A stretch of DNA of 64,000 nucleotides, taken from positions 64,001 through 128,000 of the IMG/VR virus record IMGVR_UViG_3300002092_001548. The stretch is one strand, 5' to 3'. Each line of letters begins with the position of its first letter. Position 1 is the first letter of the stretch. Source of the DNA: a virus. The translations under genes and the position numbers were made by a program. Below are positions 54,912 to 63,523 of the stretch, one piece after another. The notes under the pieces are model-generated. The model was not told the DNA's origin and searched no databases. It saw nothing but the letters and a program-made list of their open reading frames with translations.

Positions 54912-56639
54912 TTAGTATTGGTAAATATTGAAAGTTCCGTCGGTATTTATATTAATTGACCAAGCAACCCCGTCACCATCATATAAAATTAAACCATCCG
55001 GCCCGGCTGATAAATTATTAGCCGTATTTGCAGTATTTGCATAAGTAGCGATACTAGCAGAAACGGCTGCGACATTACTAATATTAGCCCCATCTCCGTG
55101 TATTCCTCCAGAAATATAAACACCATTAGTAAAACCTAAAGTAAGCGATCCGTAACCTTGACCTCCAGTAATACTACCATCAGAAATAATCATTTCATTT
55201 CCATAACCTGAAATTAATGACCCACCATTACCACTTAGGGCTAGGGTTCCATTAATATTAACATCCGTGTTAAAAGTTTTTGTACCACTTATTGTTTGAG
55301 CGCCAGTTGTGTAAACCGTATTAGGAACGGAAGATATAAAACCGCTCGGATTTGATTTCGGATAGAGCGATGCCAATGAAGACGTTAATCCTAAAATTTT
55401 ACTCTGTTGAATTTGTGCGTTAGCATCAACATCTGAATCGAAAATACCAGTGGCCGGGCTCTGATAAACACCATTTATCACCTTAACAACACCATTCCCC
55501 GCAACGGCGGGAATTGTTGTATGACAGTGCGATGGGCGGTAAGAATCATAATAGATAGTAATAGTTCTTGCGGTGTTCGTATTTTTAACCGCAAACATTT
55601 GAACGTAAAGACGTTCGTTCGTAGAAATACCAGTTTGAGGTACTGTTACGTTCAATAAATATTGAGCTACTGCTGTTGCATCATAAAGATAAACATAATC
55701 AGAAGCGCCCAAGAGACGATAGCTTCCAGCACCACTAGGGTTATATATATTAACAACTACTTTAAGTGCTGTTTGCGTTGCATTGGTACTATTTGTACTG
55801 GCCCAAATGTTAAAATCCCAAAGTCCGGCTGGAATATTACTAATATTAGGATCACCACTGGCAGTTAAGAAACTAGATACTAATATGTCCGATCCTTTCG
55901 GCGAGAGGTCGGGAGTTGTATATTGCCCACTTCCCACTGAATAAGTTTTACCCCAAAGAGATACCGGAGTTAAACCTGTATTTAAACCTCCAGACGGTGC
56001 AAGTCCAGACTGGTTTAAAAAATCAAAATAATATGTTATTCCACCACCACCATTCCCACCCGCCGCAACAGCGCCAGGCGCCCAAGCCGAACCATTCCAT
56101 TGTAGCGTTTGACCAAGTCCGGGTGCCGATGGCTGAATTGGGAGACCCTGAATACTTGTTACAGTTGGAGAGAGTAAGGATCCACTTACGTCATAACCAG
56201 TAATATAACTAAACTGAGAAACGCCCGTAATATAATTAGATGGATTATTGAGAGGATAATAACTTCCAGTTAAAGTTCCGCTTAAAGAAGAAATAGAAGA
56301 GGCAAGAGTCGAGCCAGTTAATCCTAAATTCGTAATTGTTGCATACATTAGTGCATCATAACCGCTTAAGCCAGTAAGCTGTATGTAGGTAGCATAGGAA
56401 GAAAGATTTACGCCCGTAATATAACCGCTCGGATTAGATGCGGCGTAAAATACGCCAGTTTGCGCTGTAGTTACAAACGAACCAGTTTGTGATTTCAAGG
56501 CATATCCAGTCAAAGACCCACTCACCCCACTAGCTAAACTATACCCAAGATTCCACTGCGTGGAATTACCACTAGGATCATAAATAACCCCAGACCCACT
56601 CAGGGTTCCATATACTGTTGTATTTCCTAGTAAAGCCAT
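54912..56639 (-). CDS. Tail-fibre-like SG/TG-rich protein
   Basis: YYPLNNPS repeats, GQTLQWNGSAWAP, VYTTGAQTISGTKTF. Confidence 0.7.
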   Translation of the reverse strand: MALLGNTTVYGTLSGSGVIYDPSGNSTQWNLGYSLASGVSGSLTGYALKSQTGSFVTTAQTGVFYAASNPSGYITGVNLSSYATYIQLTGLSGYDALMYATITNLGLTGSTLASSISSLSGTLTGSYYPLNNPSNYITGVSQFSYITGYDVSGSLLSPTVTSIQGLPIQPSAPGLGQTLQWNGSAWAPGAVAAGGNGGGGITYYFDFLNQSGLAPSGGLNTGLTPVSLWGKTYSVGSGQYTTPDLSPKGSDILVSSFLTASGDPNISNIPAGLWDFNIWASTNSTNATQTALKVVVNIYNPSGAGSYRLLGASDYVYLYDATAVAQYLLNVTVPQTGISTNERLYVQMFAVKNTNTARTITIYYDSYRPSHCHTTIPAVAGNGVVKVINGVYQSPATGIFDSDVDANAQIQQSKILGLTSSLASLYPKSNPSGFISSVPNTVYTTGAQTISGTKTFNTDVNINGTLALSGNGGSLISGYGNEMIISDGSITGGQGYGSLTLGFTNGVYISGGIHGDGANISNVAAVSASIATYANTANTANNLSAGPDGLILYDGDGVAWSININTDGTFNIYQY

Positions 56640-56693
56640 TTCTTATATTACACCTTTTTATTTTTATTATTTATTATTTAGATACCAAACCCA

Positions 56694-57602
56694 CTAACTA
56701 ATACCAGTTACCTCATCAAATTGTCCAGATACTAGAAGACGACCATCACTAGTTTCTCTTTTGGCTATACTGCCGTCCTGAAGAGTAACCTCATCAAGCC
56801 CAGCAGTAAAAATAGTAGATATAGTTACTTTATTGGCGCTAGGATTTCCTCCAGTAAAGGGGAGTAAAGAAGAACTCGTCGCGCCGTTAACATTTGTAAC
56901 AGTAAAATTATTTGAACTACTATCTTTTAAATAATTTGAATTATTAGCCATGTTCAATAATAGTTTAGTATTTGTTATTGCTGTTAATCCGGTAGTAGGT
57001 ACGGTGAGAGTTGTTAGAGTTGGATTATAAACTGCTGTACCATTAATAAATCTAAAGTTAGATATATAACCCCCAAATGGGGCACTACTACTCGTTGAAG
57101 CACCAATATTCATTACTCCAGCCTGTGCAGCAATATTAACTGTAATATGAATTGTACTCGCTACTTTTACCCCATCTATGAATACTGCCCAGCTCGTTCC
57201 TTGGCGTACAATAGCATAATGATGCCAAGCATTTAATGCTGGTAGCGCACCTAAACTAGGTATCCACGCCCAAGTATTAACACCATTAGCAATTGCAAAA
57301 TTATGACCGCCCAACCCTACCGTAACATACATTAATTTAGTTTGCCAAGTAACAGCGCTATTATCATAACACCAAGGGCTATCATATGCCCCCCGGGTTG
57401 TTTGATATTGCCACCACTCAATAGTAAAATCATTAACTCCCAAAGTAAATGCTGCGTTAGCCGGAACTGTTAGATATTGTGTTGACGCCGTTACAAATTT
57501 GATACTTCCATTCGTTGCACCAACAGCATACGTTACCTCATCAAAAGTACCCGCACTGCGATAAGTACCATTACTAAGTAGTCGTGCCGCTGTTATTGCC
57601 AT
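56694..57602 (-). CDS. LamG-like virion protein
   Basis: DFTIEWW, WHHYAIVR, FIDG, GYISNFR..GTAVY, TAITNTKLLL. Confidence 0.85.
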   Translation of the reverse strand: MAITAARLLSNGTYRSAGTFDEVTYAVGATNGSIKFVTASTQYLTVPANAAFTLGVNDFTIEWWQYQTTRGAYDSPWCYDNSAVTWQTKLMYVTVGLGGHNFAIANGVNTWAWIPSLGALPALNAWHHYAIVRQGTSWAVFIDGVKVASTIHITVNIAAQAGVMNIGASTSSSAPFGGYISNFRFINGTAVYNPTLTTLTVPTTGLTAITNTKLLLNMANNSNYLKDSSSNNFTVTNVNGATSSSLLPFTGGNPSANKVTISTIFTAGLDEVTLQDGSIAKRETSDGRLLVSGQFDEVTGIS

Positions 57603-57611
57603 TTTTTTTAA

Positions 57612-58784
57612 TTAATTAAAAACTGTATCTAAACTCTGTGTCCCAGTATTATAGAACTGGTAAACTTTAACAAGACCACTTATACCAGTATAGTTTAGGG
57701 TTCCAACTGTTACCCCACTAAAAGAAGGGGAATTAGTTGTATTAAGTTGCTGGTTATAACCACTGATAAAACCAGACGGATTATTTAAGGGATAATAACT
57801 TCCCGTGTCCGCCGCACCAGTTGAAACTGCGACACCATTATATTGAAGCGTCCCAGTAAAATTATAACTTCCACCCAATGTTTGAGTTCCAGTTGTATAA
57901 ACTAGTCCACTAGGAAGTACCACAGCAGATGCCTCGCCACTCAAAAGAACGCCAGTTCCATTAACAGTTGGGCGAACTGTAAATGAGGCACTAGAAGTTG
58001 TTACGAAGCTGCCCGTATTAACACCCGTGATAAAACCAGACGGATTGTTAGACGGATAATAAGAGGCCAACTGTCCAGTCGTAGCGAAAGAACCAGTTTG
58101 TGCAGTTGTAACATAACTAGAAAGATTAACACCAGTAATAAAACCGCTAGGATTATTTAAAGGATAGTAACTTGTAAGTTGCCCAGTAGTTGCAAAAATT
58201 CCAGTTTGCGCAGTTGTTACAAACGAACCAGTTTGTGATTTTAGTGCATAAGTTATTACATCATAACCACTTAATCCGGTCAGTTGTGCGTATGTGGCAT
58301 AGTTATTGGTTAAAGTCCCACTTAAAGAAGAAATTGAGCTAGCAAGTGTTGATCCCGTTGTCGCAAGATTTGTAATTGTAGCATAATTCGCAGTAACTGT
58401 TCCGCTCAAGGAATTAATTCGTGAATTTAAAGTTGACCCCGTAGAAGCGAGATTTATAGTAGTCGCATAAGTCGTTGCATCGTAGCCACTCATTCCAGTT
58501 AGTTGCGTATAGGTAGCATAATTTCCACTCGAAGCGGTCAACGAATTGATTTGCGACTGAAGAACGCCACTTGTTCCGGTAATACTATAGTTACCGACAT
58601 TACCTAGCCCAACATCTGATGCGCCCAAAGTAACATAGCCAATATATCCATTTACGGCCAAAACTGGAGAAGAATTCTGTGGAACTGTTACATTAACAAC
58701 AGGTTGTGTGGGCGGCTGTACAGTTACGTTCGTTTGAACGACTGTCGGCGGATTCGCTGTAACATTTACATTAATTTCAGCCAT
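57612..58784 (-). CDS. Repetitive SG/TG-rich fibre protein
   Basis: YYPxNNPSGFI three times, YATY.QLTG.SGYD twice, TGSTL..I.SLSG twice, PTVNGTGVLLSGEA; start MAEIN. Confidence 0.7.
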   Translation of the reverse strand: MAEINVNVTANPPTVVQTNVTVQPPTQPVVNVTVPQNSSPVLAVNGYIGYVTLGASDVGLGNVGNYSITGTSGVLQSQINSLTASSGNYATYTQLTGMSGYDATTYATTINLASTGSTLNSRINSLSGTVTANYATITNLATTGSTLASSISSLSGTLTNNYATYAQLTGLSGYDVITYALKSQTGSFVTTAQTGIFATTGQLTSYYPLNNPSGFITGVNLSSYVTTAQTGSFATTGQLASYYPSNNPSGFITGVNTGSFVTTSSASFTVRPTVNGTGVLLSGEASAVVLPSGLVYTTGTQTLGGSYNFTGTLQYNGVAVSTGAADTGSYYPLNNPSGFISGYNQQLNTTNSPSFSGVTVGTLNYTGISGLVKVYQFYNTGTQSLDTVFN

Positions 58785-58785
58785 A

Positions 58786-59202
58786 TTAAAGTGCGTAAGA
58801 TCCAACTACATTAACATTATCATAAACATTAAGATTTCCGGCGATATAAGTATTTGCCGCCTGACCAGAAACAATTTGAACTGCATAGTAATAGGCCCCG
58901 GCCCTGAAGTTCATCTGTGATCCTGACAATTGATTCAAAACTGCATAATTTCCACTAGTACCAGTAATTGAAATTGTTCCATTTGAGGTACTCCAAGTAT
59001 TTGCGATTGTTTGCCATTGGCTGTCATAATCAACAATATCTTGATAAGTATTTGTCTCGTTATATTGAGTTCCCAGAGTGGCATTAATAGATACTCCACT
59101 CAAATTTATTGGATTATTACTCGAATCTGTAAAGATAAAGGTAATTGGGCCGTAACTATCTCCTCTGTAGGCATCAGGTAAATTGTAGAGCGTGGGAATC
59201 AT
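58786..59202 (-). CDS. Baseplate-upper (BppU)-like adaptor protein
   Basis: YNL..YRGDS...PINLSG...YYYAVQI...TYIAGNLNV; start MIPT. Confidence 0.55.
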   Translation of the reverse strand: MIPTLYNLPDAYRGDSYGPITFIFTDSSNNPINLSGVSINATLGTQYNETNTYQDIVDYDSQWQTIANTWSTSNGTISITGTSGNYAVLNQLSGSQMNFRAGAYYYAVQIVSGQAANTYIAGNLNVYDNVNVVGSYAL

Positions 59203-59304
59203 AAGTAGGAATTTCTTATAATTACACCGAAAAGCATAAAATAAGGGGGTGATTCCCATTAAAAAGTTCTTGCCAAACTATTAAAATACTTCCAATATAC
59301 GAAT

Positions 59305-59823
59305 ATGACAACTGTAAAAACACAAAAAACGTACAAGCTAAGTAACTTTGAGGCTGGTGATCGTTTTGAGATCCCCTCTGTAACAGAGACAATGAGGAAT
59401 TTAGTAGTTATTTCTTCCAATATCTCCTCAACTCTGGTCGAAGGTGAGCGCCGAGATACGGTTTCCGACACTTGGAAGCCATTTCGGTTCCCAATTTCAA
59501 ATGATGTAAATGCCGTTTTAGTAACTAAGGGCGCGCCAAAGATCACAGACTCTGTTAAGACTAACGCTACAGATTCTACTACACAAACGGAACCTACTGA
59601 GGCCCGGCGCCGTGGTCGTCCTGCAAAGCAGTCGAAACCCCTAAATGAACTGGGTGGAACAAAAGGCGAGTTCACTGTAAAAGATTTGGTGGCAAAGAAC
59701 GACTTAAAAGAGTACGATGCCCATAATTTGGTTCGCTCGGCTATCAAGAATGGCTCCATTAAGGTTGTCAGAGAAGAGTCTGGTGGCCGGGGCAAGCCAA
59801 GAAAGGTTTATTGTCTAGTTTAA
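59305..59823 (+). CDS. Putative DNA-binding protein (AT-hook-like plus winged helix)
   Basis: RRRGRPAK, FTVKDLV...GGRGKPRKVY. Confidence 0.55.
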   Translation: MTTVKTQKTYKLSNFEAGDRFEIPSVTETMRNLVVISSNISSTLVEGERRDTVSDTWKPFRFPISNDVNAVLVTKGAPKITDSVKTNATDSTTQTEPTEARRRGRPAKQSKPLNELGGTKGEFTVKDLVAKNDLKEYDAHNLVRSAIKNGSIKVVREESGGRGKPRKVYCLV

Positions 59824-59830
59824 AGTTTAT

Positions 59831-59902
59831 TCCCGATTAGCTCAATGGTAGAGCGGCGCACTGTTAATGCGTATGTTGTTGGTTCGAGTCCAGCATCGGG
59901 AG
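59831..59902 (+). tRNA. tRNA-Asn(GTT), CCA not encoded
   Basis: Acceptor TCCCGAT/ATCGGGA, anticodon loop CTGTTAA, T-arm GGTTCGAGTCC. Confidence 0.93.
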
Positions 59903-59918
59903 CTTATAATTAATTTTA

Positions 59919-59994
59919 TACGGTGTAGCTCAACTGGTAGAGCATCAGAATTTGGATCTGATGGTTGTAGGTTCAAGTCCTACCGCCGTAGCCA
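59919..59994 (+). tRNA. tRNA-Gln(TTG)
   Basis: Acceptor TACGGTG/CGCCGTA, G73 and CCA, anticodon stem TCAGA/TCTGA with loop ATTTGGA. Confidence 0.8.
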
Positions 59995-60420
59995 CAAAAG
60001 CTTCTTTATTTCCTCAAGTTCTGCTTTTAGCTCCGCATGTTCCATTTCTAATTTTTTATGATCTGCTAGGGCCTTTTTATCCAATCGTATATCTTCTTTT
60101 AATTGTATAATAACTTCCTGTAAAGATACTAATAAAAGATAAGAATTTTTATCAATCTCTATATCACTTAATAAATGCTCCCGATCTTTTTCGCCTTGTC
60201 TACTAGATGACATTAAAATTAGCGGCGTTGCATACGCCGCCTCAAATGATAAAAATAGATTTAAAAGAATAAAAGGATATGGATCAAAATGAACTAATTG
60301 CAGGGCATTAATAGTAACCCAAATTGTTAGCAATACTGACTGAATAATTATAAAAGTCCATGACCCAATAAAACTAGTTATAATATCAGCCAATTTTATA
60401 CTATAATCTTTTATATTCAT
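59980..60420 (-). CDS. DUF1003-domain membrane protein
   Basis: LADIITSFIGSWTFII, FDPYPFILLNLFLS.EAAY.TPLILMS..RQ..KDR. Confidence 0.9.
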   Translation of the reverse strand: MNIKDYSIKLADIITSFIGSWTFIIIQSVLLTIWVTINALQLVHFDPYPFILLNLFLSFEAAYATPLILMSSSRQGEKDREHLLSDIEIDKNSYLLLVSLQEVIIQLKEDIRLDKKALADHKKLEMEHAELKAELEEIKKLLWLRR

Positions 60421-60473
60421 ATTGACTATTTTATAAATATATTTTACACTTGAATCTTATTGGATAATTAATA

Positions 60474-61151
60474 ATGTACGATCTAAAAGAAATTTATCCA
60501 AGAGTTTTTTTGGTCACAATGGATAATTCATACGATTTGGCAATGACCTTTTGTCGGGCACAGGAGTTTTACGAATCTCCATATAAAGAAATTAGGGGTA
60601 AAAATTTTAACATGGTAGAGTTCCAAAGACTTTACACCATGCGCCGGGGCGAATCATGTTTCGCATATCCCGAAGACTGGTGTGGGTTCAATGTTCCTAG
60701 TAATGCAATTTGGAATCTTTATTACTCTAATAAGATAGAAGACTTAAACCAATACGATACTATTTTCCATAAAATAATTGATAAAATAACTTGTGATACT
60801 AACAAAAATGAATATAGGTATTACCTAATAGGTGCCGGGACCGGAGATGAACGAACAAAAAATCATGAGATTGCCCATGCATTTTATTATCTTCACCCAT
60901 CATATAAAAAAGCTGCTAATAAGATTACAAGTCAACTTCCAGAAAAACTTTACAATAAATTCAAAAAACACTTGCTTGGTATCGGGTATTCTGATAAATC
61001 CATTAAAGATGAAATTCAAGCATACCTATCCTCTGACCCAGAAAATCTCACAGAGATAAACGGAACTTCTGAAAGGGAAAACAAGATCATCAACAAAATA
61101 TCTGAACAGTTAAAAAATCTAAACAATGAATATAGAACACGCAAAGGTTAA
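60474..61151 (+). CDS. Hypothetical protein with HExxH motif
   Basis: FCRAQEFYESP, WCGFNVP, HEIAHAFYY, DEIQAY. Confidence 0.6.
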   Translation: MYDLKEIYPRVFLVTMDNSYDLAMTFCRAQEFYESPYKEIRGKNFNMVEFQRLYTMRRGESCFAYPEDWCGFNVPSNAIWNLYYSNKIEDLNQYDTIFHKIIDKITCDTNKNEYRYYLIGAGTGDERTKNHEIAHAFYYLHPSYKKAANKITSQLPEKLYNKFKKHLLGIGYSDKSIKDEIQAYLSSDPENLTEINGTSERENKIINKISEQLKNLNNEYRTRKG

Positions 61152-61194
61152 AAAAGTATTCGAAGAATATATCTAATAGGGTGTAAAACCCTGT

Positions 61195-61398
61195 ATGGAA
61201 GCACCCGACCACAACACTGAAAAATGGACTGCATTTTGCAAAGATGACGAAGCGGCCGAAGAGCTTCTTCAACAAAAGTGCCTAATTCTTTCACAAAGAA
61301 AGCTAATTATTAGCGCGAAAAAGCAGTTAATGGAATCAAAATCACATCCACATGGATTATTCATTTATAAGTTTGTGATTATTACTTCTCCTAAATAA
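61195..61398 (+). CDS. Hypothetical protein
   Basis: 67-aa ORF with GTGTAA 8 nt upstream. Confidence 0.45.
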   Translation: MEAPDHNTEKWTAFCKDDEAAEELLQQKCLILSQRKLIISAKKQLMESKSHPHGLFIYKFVIITSPK

Positions 61399-61439
61399 AG
61401 ATTGATTTAATAACCAATTTTGTCTAGTATACTTATAGT

Positions 61440-61515
61440 GCGCAAGTAGCTCAGGGGTAGTAGCGTTTCTTTTACACGGAAAATGTCGGGGGTTCAAATC
61501 CCTCCTTGCGTACCA
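61440..61515 (+). tRNA. tRNA-Val(TAC)
   Basis: Acceptor GCGCAAG/CTTGCGT plus ACCA, loop TTTACAC, GGTTCAAATCC. Confidence 0.92.
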
Positions 61516-61534
61516 AAAAAGTGTAATTAATCCT

Positions 61535-61963
61535 ATGCCTATTATAACTGTAGATTTTGACCATACTCTTGCCCACGAGGAGGCAACAGCGCATGGGGCG
61601 TGGTTATATATTAGCAGTGGAGCACTTGTTCCTATTCAAAAAATTTGTGATCTTGTAATTGAAAAAGCAAAAGAAGGAAACCAAATTGATATTGTTACCT
61701 TCCGAGAGGATAAAGATATTGCAGAAGTTCGCGCATTTGTTAAACGTCAAAAACTCCCAATTACCGATATCTATAATACGGACAGCAAACCAAAGACTCA
61801 TATTTTAAAACATTTAAAGTCCACACTACATATTGATGATTCCCTAGCCGTAGTTGTATCGGCAGAACAGGCAGGAATTCCTTGTCTTTTAGTCAATGGT
61901 AATGGTGAATATGACAATAATTCTACGGCAGACCTGTTTAATCAGATCAAAGTTAATTATTAA
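61535..61963 (+). CDS. HAD-superfamily phosphatase-like protein
   Basis: VDFDHTL, IVTFR, K, LHIDD. Confidence 0.8.
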   Translation: MPIITVDFDHTLAHEEATAHGAWLYISSGALVPIQKICDLVIEKAKEGNQIDIVTFREDKDIAEVRAFVKRQKLPITDIYNTDSKPKTHILKHLKSTLHIDDSLAVVVSAEQAGIPCLLVNGNGEYDNNSTADLFNQIKVNY

Positions 61964-62023
61964 ATTAATAGTTATTTAATTATTTAAATAGAATTCGTTC
62001 CAAAATTTGAATAGAATTTGGTA

Positions 62024-62266
62024 ATGGAAATCAAATCTCAATCATCCGAATCAAATCCAGCACCACAAACTATTTTTCCATGGATTGGTAGGCATATCGA
62101 CAAGAATGGGCCGATTGTATTTTTTCATTCCGAATTTAAAGGAATTGTTATTGATGGCGGAGTAACGAACGACGGTCTAGTTTGCGCAGTTGGACAATAT
62201 AGTGAGGCATGGTCTATGGTCAAATTTAAAGAATTTAAAGGCATTGTAAAAATTGTTTCAGAATAA
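62024..62266 (+). CDS. Hypothetical protein
   Basis: Short ORF. Confidence 0.45.
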   Translation: MEIKSQSSESNPAPQTIFPWIGRHIDKNGPIVFFHSEFKGIVIDGGVTNDGLVCAVGQYSEAWSMVKFKEFKGIVKIVSE

Positions 62267-62268
62267 GT

Positions 62269-62610
62269 GTGCGGCCCGTAGAAGCCCGTGTAATCAAGGT
62301 GTCGGGGGTATGCCTCCATTTTTTTCTTGAAACTAACGACAAAATATCGCAAGATGTAATCATGTTGAAAAGAACTGGATGGACAAATGAAGAGGTTATT
62401 TCTTTTATTGAGGGGAATATGATTTCGTTAGATCAGTCAGTATCAGACGAGGATCGCGACTGGATTACTGAACACAATTCTATTATTGAAAAATGCACTG
62501 TTCAGTTTTATGACTTTATGGCAGATCCAGAAAAATCATATAGTGCAATGTCTTATGATACCGAAGATAAACAGGTATATGTTATAAGTGACAACAGACT
62601 TCCCCAGTGA
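62269..62610 (+). CDS. Hypothetical protein
   Basis: 113-aa ORF. Confidence 0.45.
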   Translation: MRPVEARVIKVSGVCLHFFLETNDKISQDVIMLKRTGWTNEEVISFIEGNMISLDQSVSDEDRDWITEHNSIIEKCTVQFYDFMADPEKSYSAMSYDTEDKQVYVISDNRLPQ

Positions 62611-62798
62611 CTAAAAGGGAATACAAGAAAAAACTCAACGCCCTAACAAATGAGCGTGATAAATTATCAATTTTAATTCAAAAATCAAATACCTATTTGG
62701 ATAACCTCAAACAAAATTACAACATGTTGGGTTTTAAAATAAAAGAACTTAATAATAAATATGAAAAAAAGCCCGACCAAACAAGTAGAGATGATTGA
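62607..62798 (+). CDS. Small coiled-coil protein
   Basis: 63-aa coupled ORF with heptads. Confidence 0.45.
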   Translation: MTKREYKKKLNALTNERDKLSILIQKSNTYLDNLKQNYNMLGFKIKELNNKYEKKPDQTSRDD

Positions 62799-63270
62799 GA
62801 TCCTAGACATCCCGCAATATATTCTTGTTGACGCAATTAAACGCTCCAAAAAATTAGGAAGGCTACATAACAGTATTACTAAGGGCGCGGGTAATATAAT
62901 AGGTTATATTGGTCAAGCATTAGTGGCCCGGCACCTCAAGGCGCAAGATGCGGATACTTTTGAATATGATGTTGTAAAAGATGGCGTTCGTTACGAAGTA
63001 AAAAGCAAAAGTTGTACTAGTAGACCCCGACCGGATTACGACTGTTCAGTCTCAGGTGCAAATGCCGAACAAGAATGCGACTACTATGTTTTTGTGCGTG
63101 TTATGCAAGATTTCTCAAAAGCATGGATATTGGGAAAGAAGAAACCAAAAAAGTATTTTAAAGAGGCGCGATTCTGTAAGAAGGGAGAGAAAGATGAAAA
63201 AAGTCATTTAGGTTGGAAATTTAAAGGTGATTGTTACAATTTAGATATCGCATCTTTAGATCCCATATAA
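62761..63270 (+). CDS. PD-(D/E)xK-like nuclease-fold protein
   Basis: GYIGQ, YDVV, YEVKSK, CDYYVFVRV, AWILG. Confidence 0.6.
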   Translation: MKKSPTKQVEMIEILDIPQYILVDAIKRSKKLGRLHNSITKGAGNIIGYIGQALVARHLKAQDADTFEYDVVKDGVRYEVKSKSCTSRPRPDYDCSVSGANAEQECDYYVFVRVMQDFSKAWILGKKKPKKYFKEARFCKKGEKDEKSHLGWKFKGDCYNLDIASLDPI

Positions 63271-63275
63271 TAATT

Positions 63276-63401
63276 ATGAGTGAACAAAAATCAACAGGCG
63301 CCGGGAAAGGAGACAAGTTACGCCCAACGGATAAAAAGAAATGGGATGCAAATTTTGATTCAATTAAGTGGCCCTCGAAAGAAAAGAAAAATAAGTCTTG
63401 A
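63276..63401 (+). CDS. Small basic phage protein (41 aa, not in the ORF track)
   Basis: MSEQKSTGAGKGDKLRPTDKKKWDANFDSIKW; GKG..RP..NFD.I motif common in small phage ORFs. Confidence 0.6.
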   Translation: MSEQKSTGAGKGDKLRPTDKKKWDANFDSIKWPSKEKKNKS

Positions 63402-63435
63402 TGATACATACAAAAAGATCTAAAATCGTATAAAT

Positions 63436-63512
63436 GGAATCATAGCTCAGTTGGTTAGAGCATCGCACTGTCACTGCGAGGGTCAGGGGTTCAAGTCCCC
63501 TTGGTTCCGCCA
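63436..63512 (+). tRNA. tRNA-Asp(GTC)
   Basis: Acceptor GGAATCA/TGGTTCC plus GCCA, loop CTGTCAC, GGTTCAAGTCC. Confidence 0.95.
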
Positions 63513-63523
63513 CTTTCAAAAAC

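Noticed and set aside
59259-59795. 178-aa antisense ORF and other shadow ORFs (e.g. 36409-36933, 39717-40130, 16956-17309, 50918-51274)
   Set aside because: They lie opposite well-supported genes and have no motifs of their own
59919-59994. Reading this tRNA as Pro(TGG)
   Set aside because: Stem register TCAGA/TCTGA centres TTG in the 7-nt loop, and U1:A72 with G73 fits Gln
59867-60061. 64-aa ORF
   Set aside because: It is a translation across two tRNA genes
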